Source of the DNA: Candidatus Heimdallarchaeota archaeon
GTDB taxonomy: Archaea > Asgardarchaeota > Heimdallarchaeia > Heimdallarchaeales > Heimdallarchaeaceae
DNA: 64,000 nt
Assembly (NCBI GenBank): GCA_019057815.1
Contig: JAHLWR010000009.1
Location: forward strand, 1-64,000
Direction of reading: 5' to 3'
This document shows, one piece after another, positions 29,873-39,396 of the stretch (position 1 is its first letter; each line of letters starts with the position of its first letter). Below the pieces are notes generated by a model. That model was not told the DNA's origin and did no database searches. It worked only from the letters and a program-made list of their open reading frames with translations. Made by a program: the position numbers and the translations under genes.

Positions 29873-31381
29873 CTATTTTTTCTTTGCTTTCTTTGAGATT
29901 ATCCTTGTGAGGAATAAAGGAACAATTGAAAGTAGTAGAGTTATTAAAACTATTTGTGGATATTCAACTATTACAGGTTCTACAAGAGGATATAAGTCAA
30001 CTGAGTTAGCATCACCATCAATAGAATAAGAACCTATCCCTGACCAATCTGACCAGTAGTTACCTTCAAGTGTTGCAGTATCATACCAAGTATTGTTTAC
30101 GCAATCATCATACGCTTGAGAAGTTCCTTCTAGATTGTTGTCTACAAAGGTATTATGGTGAATAAGATTATTATCAGAATCGTATATTAAGTATACTCCA
30201 TATCCTTCATTTTCTTGTAGAAGATTGTAAGTAACAACACAAAAATCAGAAGACCAAAGCAAGATGCCATAGTAGTTATTGTTGCACGTGTTGTTTGCAA
30301 CAGTCGAACTACTAGAACAGTAAAGCCTAATACCTTCACAGTAGTTATTGTTGCATGTGTTGTTTGCAACAATAGAACTACTAGAAGAGCAAAGATAGAT
30401 GCCCATGCCATTGTTGCTGCACGTGTTGTTTGCAACCGTCGAACTCCCTGAAGACCAAAGATAGATGCCTCTGTTGTTATTGTTGTTGCATGTGATGTTA
30501 ATAATAACTGAATATGTACAGTAGCAGAGAGATAGACCAGTTGTAGCGTTGTTTAATATTTGGTCACGTACTGTAACATTAGTACAATTGACTAATTTTA
30601 ATTGCCCATAGACAGGCTCAGAAATAATAATGGAGTCAAGGTTAGTGTAAAAACCCAGTTTTTTACCATTCACCCAATTATTTTCAACAATATATGATAG
30701 GTAGGCATCAATTGTATCTTCGCTTATACATAAACCACAATTAGTAAAAGTGTTGTTTGCAACATTAGAACTACCAGAATAATGAAGCCAGATACCATAG
30801 TTGTTATTGTTGCTGCATGTGTTGTTTGCAACATTAGAACTACCAGAAAAGACTAGATAGATGCCTCTGTTGTTATTGTTGCATGTGTTATTTTCAACAT
30901 TAGAACTACCAGAAGACCAAAGCACGATGCTGTCATCAACATTGTTGTTACACATGTTGTTTTCAACAGTAGAATTTCCAGAATACTTAAGCTTGATGCC
31001 GTCATAGCCATTGTTGCTGCACGTGTTGTTAATGACAGTTGCTGTGCCATAAACTACTTCATCGATATAAATACCATACTCTTCTACGTCAACATAGCAG
31101 TTACAAACAATGAAATATTTTGTTGTTTCAGTAATATAAATACCATAATCTTCTGTTGTTGTAATATTGTAACCATCAATAACATAAGGATCTATTTCTA
31201 TTCCTGTTCCTGGGAAAACGTTAAAATCGCTATCAGAAGTAATGTATATTGGATCATGAGGTGTCAACTCTAACGAAGTAGACCTATAATTATTCTCTTC
31301 AACAGCACTTTGTGCGTTGAAATTCGTTGCGTAGATTGACAATGTCAGTATTAGTAGAATTAATATTGTTCTCTTTTTCAT
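29873..31381 (-). CDS. NosD/PbH1 beta-helix surface protein
   Basis: Close paralogue of 282..2069; signal peptide MKKRTILILLILTL; TM + KKAKKK tail. Confidence 0.9.
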   Translation of the reverse strand: MKKRTILILLILTLSIYATNFNAQSAVEENNYRSTSLELTPHDPIYITSDSDFNVFPGTGIEIDPYVIDGYNITTTEDYGIYITETTKYFIVCNCYVDVEEYGIYIDEVVYGTATVINNTCSNNGYDGIKLKYSGNSTVENNMCNNNVDDSIVLWSSGSSNVENNTCNNNNRGIYLVFSGSSNVANNTCSNNNNYGIWLHYSGSSNVANNTFTNCGLCISEDTIDAYLSYIVENNWVNGKKLGFYTNLDSIIISEPVYGQLKLVNCTNVTVRDQILNNATTGLSLCYCTYSVIINITCNNNNNRGIYLWSSGSSTVANNTCSNNGMGIYLCSSSSSIVANNTCNNNYCEGIRLYCSSSSTVANNTCNNNYYGILLWSSDFCVVTYNLLQENEGYGVYLIYDSDNNLIHHNTFVDNNLEGTSQAYDDCVNNTWYDTATLEGNYWSDWSGIGSYSIDGDANSVDLYPLVEPVIVEYPQIVLITLLLSIVPLFLTRIISKKAKKK

Positions 31382-31775
31382 TAAATCACACTTAATTAAA
31401 CTCTTTATCGAATATATATTTTATGTAATGGATTCTTCTGTTAATAATCTTAATGAGTTACATTTATTTCTTTATTTATTTTCATATTACACTTTGGTTG
31501 GTTAGAAACATTAGCTTAAAATGATTGCTTTTAATTTTCTTATTCTTTTTTGAAGAGTATTAAAATATCTTGAAGAATAAAATAATGCAAAAAAAGCTTT
31601 CAAGAAATACAATTGGAGATGCTTTAACACATTAAATACAAAATGATTAATCTCACATGATTTGACCGTCGTTTTTACCGAATATTTAAAAGCGCTTTCT
31701 ATAATCATATTAGATTAGTCAATTATTTCTCACGAATATTGAAATCAAAGGTATATACATTAGAGGATAAGTTCT

Positions 31776-34148
31776 ATGAAACTAGTTACAAAATATGTTA
31801 ATTTTTTACAAAAATACAAGTATGCTATTTTAATTTTCTGGACAATAGTCTTAGGTTTCAGTATCTGGTTGGCTCCAAAGTTTTTAGGAGAAACAAGCTC
31901 AGATTTCAATGTTCCTGGAGAAACTCCTGCTTCCATAGCCAACGCAGTTTTAGATCAAGAATTCCCTGAAACCGCTAATAAAACCACTTTCGTTTTAGTT
32001 ATTCAAAGTAATGAAGGAAGTGTTTTGAGTGATGCTATAGGAAATTTTAGTCTTCAGTTTTTAGATGATCTTATGTCTTCTGACTATAATCATCTAATCT
32101 TTGGAATCAATGGATATTATTATTTAATCGAAACTCTAGAACAAGCAGCTTGGGGGTATGTTTCTGCTTCAATGAATGCTACTATAATCGAGATGGAAAT
32201 TAATTCTGCCTCAGAGGAACTTGTAGTGGATTTGATTGATTTCATTAAAATAAAAGTAGAAGAATTAAAACCTGATGGTTACGTAATTGCCCTCACGGGG
32301 GAAGAAGTGCTGTTCTTAGAGATGCAAGAATCAGCGGAAAGAGATATTCTTGTTATGGATGCTATTGTTCTTCCTATAGCTCTAATAGTATTAGCTTTGG
32401 TACTTCGAAGTTTTAGATTAATGATACTCCCTATCTTATCTGTAGGCCTTTCAATAGCTGTTTCATTTTTTGTTATGTACCCAATAGCTAAACTAATGCC
32501 TGTCTTCAGTTTTGTACCTTCAGTTATGATGGCTCTTGTTATAGCTATGTCCATAGATTACAGTCTATTCCTACTCTCACGATACGGTGAAGAAATAAAG
32601 AATGGTAAAACAAACAAAGAATCGATAGAACTAATGCTAGAACATGCTGGTCACACCATCTCTGTAAGCGGATTAATTCTTTCTGTCACTTTTATGGGAT
32701 TAATCTTTTTCCCAGTTGGCTTACTATCATCTATTGGTATCGGAGCAGCTATCTGTATATTAGTTACACTAGTGATAAATTTAACACTTTCTCCAGCTTT
32801 ACTCTTTACTTTCGGTAAATTCTTCTCGAAAATCTCTTTAAAGCGTAAGAAGCAAAAAGAAACACCAAAAGATGAAAAGACACGAAAAGAAATAGCTCTT
32901 CAAAATCAACTAAAGAGTATTTGGTATAAAATAGGTAAGAAAGCAACAAAATATTCCATTCCTATTATCATCATTATTTTTGTTTTAGCCATACCTATGT
33001 CGATTCAGCTGATGAATTTTGATACTACTATAAGTAATAATCATGTTCTACCTAGAGACGGAGACTCAGCAGAAGCGTACGATATTATCAAATCTGAATT
33101 TAAACCGGGTATGGTTGGCCCTATGTATATAATAATAAGCACTAATGAAACAAATGGTGTTCTTACACAAGAGATATTTACGACTAGTGCTAATCTTATA
33201 CAGCAACTTGTCAATGATACAGAAATAACTTCCAATTCTTTTATTTCTATTTCATGGGCATCTTATGGCGATTCAGGCTTTTCAATTCCTTTCATACAAG
33301 CTATCACTTTGCTTTTTGACCCTTTATTGGATAACGATTCTAACGCTCAAGCTTATAGGATGATGTTCAATAGATATACAAATGAAGAAAACTCAACATT
33401 ACTTATTGATGTTCAACCAAATTTTGATCCTTTTAGTCGGTATACAGAAGAATGGATTAAAGATACAAGGAAAATACTCGAGGAATTTCAAGAATCATCA
33501 GATTATAAGTTCTACTTGGCAGGTGGCTCTACATCTGTTGTAGATACAGTGGACATTGTTTTTGACCTTTTCCCATTAATGATCGGTGTAATCGTTGCTA
33601 TAGTCTATATTATGCTAGCTTTGATGTTTAAGTCAATTTTTGTTCCATTGAGATTAATAATAACTGTTGGTTTAACGATTTCATGGATCTATGGAATGGC
33701 TGCGCTGATTTTTCACGTTGGTATATTGGACTGGATGTTTCCAAGAATATTAGGAGATATTAGCGCTGTCTATTGGGTTACGCCTGTGATGAGTTTTAGT
33801 ATATTACTTGGACTTGGTCTAGATTACGACATCTTCCTGCTCAGTCGAATTAGTGAGTACAGAAATAATGGGTATACGGAAAGGGCTTCTATTATCAAAG
33901 GACTTTACAAAACAGGTGGAGTGATTAGTATGGCAGGAATTATAATGGCTATAGCTTTTTCTGGCTTGATGTTAAGTAATGTTCTGGTAATGACTGAGTT
34001 CGGATTTATTCTCACATTTGCAGTTCTAGTAGACACTTTCATCATTCGCACAATACTCGTTCCTGCAATAATGTCTATAGCAGACAAATGGAACTGGTGG
34101 CCTGGAAAGAAACCTGAAGCTACAAAAGATGAGTATCATATGGACTAA
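31776..34148 (+). CDS. MMPL/RND-superfamily membrane transporter
   Basis: Two repeats, IAMSIDYSLFLLSRYGEE and GLGLDYDIFLLSRISE, C-terminal WNWWP. Confidence 0.93.
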   Translation: MKLVTKYVNFLQKYKYAILIFWTIVLGFSIWLAPKFLGETSSDFNVPGETPASIANAVLDQEFPETANKTTFVLVIQSNEGSVLSDAIGNFSLQFLDDLMSSDYNHLIFGINGYYYLIETLEQAAWGYVSASMNATIIEMEINSASEELVVDLIDFIKIKVEELKPDGYVIALTGEEVLFLEMQESAERDILVMDAIVLPIALIVLALVLRSFRLMILPILSVGLSIAVSFFVMYPIAKLMPVFSFVPSVMMALVIAMSIDYSLFLLSRYGEEIKNGKTNKESIELMLEHAGHTISVSGLILSVTFMGLIFFPVGLLSSIGIGAAICILVTLVINLTLSPALLFTFGKFFSKISLKRKKQKETPKDEKTRKEIALQNQLKSIWYKIGKKATKYSIPIIIIIFVLAIPMSIQLMNFDTTISNNHVLPRDGDSAEAYDIIKSEFKPGMVGPMYIIISTNETNGVLTQEIFTTSANLIQQLVNDTEITSNSFISISWASYGDSGFSIPFIQAITLLFDPLLDNDSNAQAYRMMFNRYTNEENSTLLIDVQPNFDPFSRYTEEWIKDTRKILEEFQESSDYKFYLAGGSTSVVDTVDIVFDLFPLMIGVIVAIVYIMLALMFKSIFVPLRLIITVGLTISWIYGMAALIFHVGILDWMFPRILGDISAVYWVTPVMSFSILLGLGLDYDIFLLSRISEYRNNGYTERASIIKGLYKTGGVISMAGIIMAIAFSGLMLSNVLVMTEFGFILTFAVLVDTFIIRTILVPAIMSIADKWNWWPGKKPEATKDEYHMD

Positions 34149-34262
34149 ACTTTCTTTCTTTTTTCTTTTATCTTTTTTCTTCTCATGTGCCCTTATTCAA
34201 GAATAAACTTAAACTATCAAGTGAATCTTTCATGTTGTTTCACTTCTTTAAAACACTTTGTT

Positions 34263-35801
34263 CTATAGAGCTCTTTTTAGTTGTTTTGCGTCCCTTTTGG
34301 ATTTTGGTAGGAAAACTGTGACTCTTGTTCCTTTTTCATATTCTCCTTCAACTCTATCTTCAATTTTGATTGTTCCATTAAAATGCTCTTTTACAATATA
34401 ATTGGACATAAACAATCCCATACCAAAACCTTTATCTGATGAAACAGGTTTCTGAAGAATCTTTTTCTTCAAACTGTCAGATATACCTATTCCATTGTCT
34501 TCAAAAACCAACTCTATTCCTTGATTGTTAATATTTGCACTAATTTTAATAGATACATTTTTCCTAGAAGAGTATTTTATGCTATTTTCTATAATATTAT
34601 GAAAAACATTTTTGATGATTTTATATCCTAATATCTTGTAATCAAAAAAAGAACACTGAATATCTAATTGTTTTTCTTTTGCTGTAATCTTTTTCTTGAT
34701 ATTTTTTATTACATTCGAAATTTCTTGATGAAGATCTATTATCTCTCTTTCAGTTTTAAATATGTTTTTTGTTGTCTCCAATAGTTCTGTTATTAATTGT
34801 TGTGCTTGAAGAATTGGTTGAATTGACTTCTCTACAAATTCTAACGATTTTGAATCGATACCTAAATCTAGGTAACCTACTGCTTTAGATAGTAAATTCG
34901 CAGAATCATGACCGATTATAGAGGAAACAACCTGTATTGATTTGGTTCTTTCTTCGAGTGTGAATTCTATTTTATCGTACGGATAATCAATGAATGTTCT
35001 ATAGATTGAGAATAGAGCAGCAACATGAGCAATAACCACAAATATGTGTCCAACGAAATGCATTATTTCTAAATTGAACTTCAGATATAGATAAGTAGAG
35101 ATGTTATATACAATAGTCAACGAGATGTATATTCCAAAAATGTTCTTCGGATAAATAATGCGAAACTTCTTTGAGAAGAAGTTAAAGATGATAAACACAC
35201 AAGTATCTATAACAATAAAAGAAGCAATCATCCAATAATTAAAAGAGATTTCTATTACACCAGTTAGATGTAAACACATTATTACATCTTCTATAACGAA
35301 AAAAGCTATAATAAAACCTTTGAATTTAGTTTTTAACTTTTTAAAATACCAAATAAATGTTAAGAAAACCATTGTTATTACTGATTGAATGGATAACCAA
35401 ATATTGATATGAAATTTTAATCTTGTTAAATATTCACTTACCTCCATAATGTTTGTTGTGATGCTGATTATTGTTAAGACAACAAAACCCATTAGTGAAA
35501 AAAAAGTTCCAAACCAGACAAAGGTACTTCTAATATCTCTACTGAGAGAAATGACTGAAACAATGCTGAAAATCACTGCAGCTTGAAAAAAAAGCAAAGA
35601 TAGATGAAGACTTCTTATTGCAATTGTTGAAAAATCTATACTAAAAGGATAAAGGTAGATGATAAGGATAAAAGCTAGTAAACCACTTGTTAACCATAGA
35701 GTCCAATGTATTGACGCAAATATTTTTTTCGTCTTCTTGAACATACGAGCAAGAACTTTTTCCTCTATATTCATTTTCAGATATAAAGAAAAACAAATCA
35801 C
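34263..35801 (-). CDS. Membrane-bound sensor histidine kinase
   Basis: About 8 TMs then IGHDSAN, NIIENSIKY, EDNGIG, GFGMGL; start may be 35774 or 35744. Confidence 0.88.
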   Translation of the reverse strand: MICFSLYLKMNIEEKVLARMFKKTKKIFASIHWTLWLTSGLLAFILIIYLYPFSIDFSTIAIRSLHLSLLFFQAAVIFSIVSVISLSRDIRSTFVWFGTFFSLMGFVVLTIISITTNIMEVSEYLTRLKFHINIWLSIQSVITMVFLTFIWYFKKLKTKFKGFIIAFFVIEDVIMCLHLTGVIEISFNYWMIASFIVIDTCVFIIFNFFSKKFRIIYPKNIFGIYISLTIVYNISTYLYLKFNLEIMHFVGHIFVVIAHVAALFSIYRTFIDYPYDKIEFTLEERTKSIQVVSSIIGHDSANLLSKAVGYLDLGIDSKSLEFVEKSIQPILQAQQLITELLETTKNIFKTEREIIDLHQEISNVIKNIKKKITAKEKQLDIQCSFFDYKILGYKIIKNVFHNIIENSIKYSSRKNVSIKISANINNQGIELVFEDNGIGISDSLKKKILQKPVSSDKGFGMGLFMSNYIVKEHFNGTIKIEDRVEGEYEKGTRVTVFLPKSKRDAKQLKRAL

Positions 35802-36063
35802 AATAAAACAATTGTGGTAATCCTATCACGAAGACTGAATTTCATTTTAAATACAACATTTAACTACTTACTTTTCTAATTTACACTAATTTTAATGTTT
35901 TATACTTATAACGCAATATAGAGTATTTTCTACTAATTTTTCCATTGAGCTCTTCTTCTAATTAAATATTTTTGGTGGTTGCTCTAATTGAAATTTATAC
36001 GAAACATTATTATTCAACTATTATCATCAGTATATTATTATCTAGAATGACGGGGGAATTACC

Positions 36064-36732
36064 TTGTTTGGTGTTTATTTAAAAGGACTTGACAAAGTTG
36101 AGAATCTCATATTTGAAGAAAAACTAGCAGAAGCAATGAATGAGCTCAATGTTCTTGAAAAAGGAGTTCAATTATCAGAGATTGAAAGATTGGCATGTAT
36201 GATTCTCTCAAGCCAAATCATGATTAAAAGTAGAAATTTTGATAAAGGTCTGTTGCTAGCAAAAGTTGCTTTTCGAAAGAGTATTGAATTATCCGAATAT
36301 TCTTTAGTTGTAGATTCTACATTATCTTTTTTTGATAGTATTCATGGTCTGAATATGTTAGAAGATCTATCGACGAAAGAAAAGAAAGAATACAGCAGGA
36401 TGATTATAAGAAGTCAGGACATCGTAAAAACAATAGATACTATGACGGTAAAAGAAAAGAAACTTCGAATGACAAAATTAGGTGATTACAGAAAGATATT
36501 AGCTGTAACAGAGAAAAAAGTAACAGAAAAGAAAGTCACAAAAGCTACTACTATTCCTATAGGACATGTTAAAGGTGTAGGTCAAAAAGCTGACATTCTC
36601 AAACAAGCGGGTATTAAAACTTCTAAAGATTTAGCAAAAGCAAAGATTGAGCAACTTATGGAATTGAAGGGAATAGGAGAAGCAACCGCTAAGAAATTAA
36701 TCAACAATGCTAAAGAAGCTATTAGAGGCTAA
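36064..36732 (+). CDS. Helical-repeat protein with C-terminal helix-hairpin-helix DNA-binding domain
   Basis: VKGVGQKADILKQAGI...LKGIGEATAKKLI double HhH. Confidence 0.8.
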   Translation: MFGVYLKGLDKVENLIFEEKLAEAMNELNVLEKGVQLSEIERLACMILSSQIMIKSRNFDKGLLLAKVAFRKSIELSEYSLVVDSTLSFFDSIHGLNMLEDLSTKEKKEYSRMIIRSQDIVKTIDTMTVKEKKLRMTKLGDYRKILAVTEKKVTEKKVTKATTIPIGHVKGVGQKADILKQAGIKTSKDLAKAKIEQLMELKGIGEATAKKLINNAKEAIRG

Positions 36733-36826
36733 AATCGTTTTTCTATCAATAACAAGTTTATATACCAAATTGCTTACTGTAAACACTTAGTATAGAGATA
36801 AATCATTATTCCAAGGTGTAATTTGG

Positions 36827-37519
36827 ATGAAAATGAAATTAGATTCAGAAAATGAGTGGGGATATTACGTAGACACTGAAACATTTCAAATTTCTAATAT
36901 AGAAGAGGATATCCCTGATGGAAGTCTTGTTATTATCAAAGAAAAAGAATACATAGAAGATATTTCTAGAACAGTCATTCAAACAACTTATGGGATTGTT
37001 AACAAAGATGAGTTTAGACCCATGAATAAGAGGGACATCAGCTCTCTTATGTCTGAGGCTTGCGCTAGATATATACTCACTTCTGACACTTTTCCTCCTA
37101 AAGTAAAAATCGAGAAAGATCTTAAAGAAGATAAGCCTGCTCAACTTGCTTTTATTTTAAGCAATTATGACATGTTTCATCTAAAAATCTCCAGTAAAAT
37201 GTTGGAAGGAAAGAATCCTTATGAATTAATCAGTGAGATGGTTAAACACGATACTGCTAGAATGACTCTTAAAGATAAAGAAGAAATATGGTTAATAGAA
37301 TACGCTAAAAGCAGCAGGTCAAAATGTCGTTCTTGTAGTTCAAAGATTGAAAAGGATACTGTGAGGGTAGGAGAACCTTATTACTATGAGGACCATCTAA
37401 ATTATAGGTGGCATCATGAAAAGTGCGTCTTTTGGAAAACAATTGATAAGAACCAAGTAACAGGAATAGATGAGCTAGAAGAAGATGATAGAAAAAGGAT
37501 TTCAGGTTTCATGAAATGA
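36827..37519 (+). CDS. Protein with C-terminal PARP-type zinc finger
   Basis: IEYAKSSRSKCRSC...IEK..VRVG...WHHEKC...GIDELEEDDRKRI. Confidence 0.88.
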   Translation: MKMKLDSENEWGYYVDTETFQISNIEEDIPDGSLVIIKEKEYIEDISRTVIQTTYGIVNKDEFRPMNKRDISSLMSEACARYILTSDTFPPKVKIEKDLKEDKPAQLAFILSNYDMFHLKISSKMLEGKNPYELISEMVKHDTARMTLKDKEEIWLIEYAKSSRSKCRSCSSKIEKDTVRVGEPYYYEDHLNYRWHHEKCVFWKTIDKNQVTGIDELEEDDRKRISGFMK

Positions 37520-37660
37520 TAGTTGTTAGTTTTTTTGTATCTTATTTTCTTTTGAAACCTTTTCTGATATCTTCTTTTTCCTTTTATCAAAAAGAATCAT
37601 TATACCTGCTATTCCACCAAGAACTAGTAGAAAAAAAATAAAAGATAATAACTACAACCA
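37478..37660 (+). repeat. Junction repeat copy 1 (zf-PARP 3' end plus degenerate lctP 3' end)
   Basis: Aligns to 38919-39042 (+39275-39289) and 41699-41881. Confidence 0.85.
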
Positions 37661-37859
37661 TTGAAGAGTATAGAACAAAAGAAAAGACATAGATATTAAT
37701 CTTTAAAAGAAATAGAATTCAAAATAGCAGATAGAATTTGGAAATAAGAGAACTACTATTATATTCACAAGGAATATTGCTCTAATATCTTAACTTCTCG
37801 ATAAAAATCTTCCTTGTTAGTTTCTCATTATATTTCTCGATCATTTCACTTAAAATATT

Positions 37860-38870
37860 CTATCCTTCCTTTGTCTTCTTTGAGATTATCCTTGTAAGTA
37901 TTAAGGGAACTACTAACATTAAGAGAGCAAATGTGAAGCTTAATTGATTTACATCTGTAGTAGATTCAATTGTGGTGTGTTCAGTTGTAGTATATTCAGC
38001 AGGTTCATCGAGAGGATATAAATCAACAGAGTTAGCTTCACCATCAATAGAATAAACACCTGTTCCCGACCAATCTGACCAGTAATTCCCCTCTTTTGTA
38101 GCAGTATCATGCCAATAGTTGTCAGTACCAGTATCACAAGCTTGGGATGTTCCTCCTAGAAAGTTGTCTACAAAGGTATTATGGTGAATAAGATTATTAT
38201 CAGAATCGGATGCTAATGCTACTCCACATTCTTCATTTTCTTGTAGATGATTGTAAGTAACGACACAAAAATCAGAATCGCCAAGCACGATACCCAAGTC
38301 GTTGTTGCTACATGTGTTGTTGGAAGCAGTCAAACTATCAGAAGAGGAAAGAAAGATGCCTGCCCAGTTATTGCTGCAAGTGTTGTTTACAACAGTCGAA
38401 CTATCAGAAGAGGAAAGAAGGATGCCACAGTCTTTGTCGTTGCACATGTTGTTGGAAACAATCGAACTCCCAGAAGTGTCAAGCTTTATACCATAGATGT
38501 TATTGTTGCATGTGTTATTGATGACAATTGCTGTTCCATCAGCTACATCATCGATATAAATGCCATATAAGACCGCGTCAACATAACAGTTACGAACAGT
38601 AAAATATCTAGTTGTACCAGTAATATAAATACCAACTCCACAAGTTGTCTTAATATAGTAACCTTCAATGATGTAAGGATTCTCGACAGATCCTGCACCA
38701 GGAAAAACCTCAAAAAAGCTATCAAAAGTAATAGAAATAGGATCATGCAGTGACAACTCTAGTGAAGTAGATCCATTATCATTCTCTTCTACAGAACTTT
38801 GTACATTGATATTCGATGCGTAGATTGGCAATGTCAGTATTAGTAGAATTACTATTGTTTTCTTTTTCAT
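37860..38870 (-). CDS. Short NosD/PbH1 beta-helix surface protein
   Basis: Same N-cap, repeats and EGNYWSDWSG cap as paralogues; lacks the central module; TM + basic tail. Confidence 0.9.
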   Translation of the reverse strand: MKKKTIVILLILTLPIYASNINVQSSVEENDNGSTSLELSLHDPISITFDSFFEVFPGAGSVENPYIIEGYYIKTTCGVGIYITGTTRYFTVRNCYVDAVLYGIYIDDVADGTAIVINNTCNNNIYGIKLDTSGSSIVSNNMCNDKDCGILLSSSDSSTVVNNTCSNNWAGIFLSSSDSLTASNNTCSNNDLGIVLGDSDFCVVTYNHLQENEECGVALASDSDNNLIHHNTFVDNFLGGTSQACDTGTDNYWHDTATKEGNYWSDWSGTGVYSIDGEANSVDLYPLDEPAEYTTTEHTTIESTTDVNQLSFTFALLMLVVPLILTRIISKKTKEG

Positions 38871-38918
38871 TAAATCACACTTAGTTAAACTCTTTATTTT
38901 ATATATGTCTTGTGCAAC

Positions 38919-39042
38919 GAAGAAGATGACAGAAATAGGATTTTAGGTTTCTTGAAAAGATAGTTGTCAGTTTTTTTAATCTTATTTTCTTTTGAAACCT
39001 TTTCTGATTTCTTCTTTTCCCTTTTATCAAAAAGAATCATTA
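38919..39042 (+). repeat. Junction repeat copy 2, interrupted by the mobile element (resumes 39275-39289)
   Basis: GAAGAAGATGACAGAAATAGG...AAAGAATCATTA | element | TATCTGCTATTCCTC. Confidence 0.85.
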
Positions 39043-39274
39043 TAACATGTTTTTTGTACATTTTTTTGGTGTTTAAATAGGTCGGTGTAAATTATACATT
39101 GAAGGATTGTAGCTATGCACCAACACATGGTGATCCTCGGGGTTACATCCAACAAACACTAAAAAGCGAACCGCAAGCATTTTTGTAAGAAAATGTGGGC
39201 GGGGTAGGAGGGGATGTGGCGTCCCCATGATGTGCCATAGGCACTTCTAAAGAATTTGTACAGAATTCATGTCA
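39043..39274 (+). mobile_element. Non-autonomous ~232-bp element (MITE-like), copy B, carrying a structured RNA
   Basis: 18-bp imperfect TIRs (TAACATGTTTTTTGTACA / TGTACAGAATTCATGTCA, 14/18); interrupts a sequence that is intact at 37597-37615 and 41818-41838. Confidence 0.85.
39104..39274 (+). ncRNA. Predicted ~170-nt structured RNA of unknown family, copy B
   Basis: TTTAAATA (39072-39079) 24 nt upstream; multiple stems with covariation versus copy A; G-U pairs define this strand. Confidence 0.7.
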
Positions 39275-39293
39275 TATCTGCTATTCCTCGAAG

Positions 39294-39396
39294 TCTTGTT
39301 ACTGCTATGTCCATAGATTACAAATTATTCCTGATTTCACGATGTGGTTAAGAATTAAAGAAAGGTAAGACAAACAAGGAATCAGTAGAAATGCTA
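39294..39396 (+). pseudogene. Degenerate ~100-bp internal fragment of an MMPL gene
   Basis: TCTTGTTACTGCTATGTCCATAGATTAC...GGTAAGACAAACAAGGAATCAGTAGAA aligns to 32534-32639; contains an in-frame stop. Confidence 0.8.

Noticed and set aside
31511-31708. 65-aa minus-strand ORF
   Set aside because: Low-complexity AT-rich intergenic sequence with no motif or SD
39205-39250. Three-way junction with AUGAUG as a hammerhead ribozyme or C/D box RNA
   Set aside because: Lacks the CUGANGA and GAAA cores and has no CUGA D box in a suitable position
39104-39274. tRNA, 5S rRNA, SRP, RNase P or group II intron identity for the structured RNA
   Set aside because: No cloverleaf/T-loop, SRP helix 8, RNase P GAGGAAAGUCC or intron domain V motif recognised; the TIRs and insertion evidence point to a mobile element
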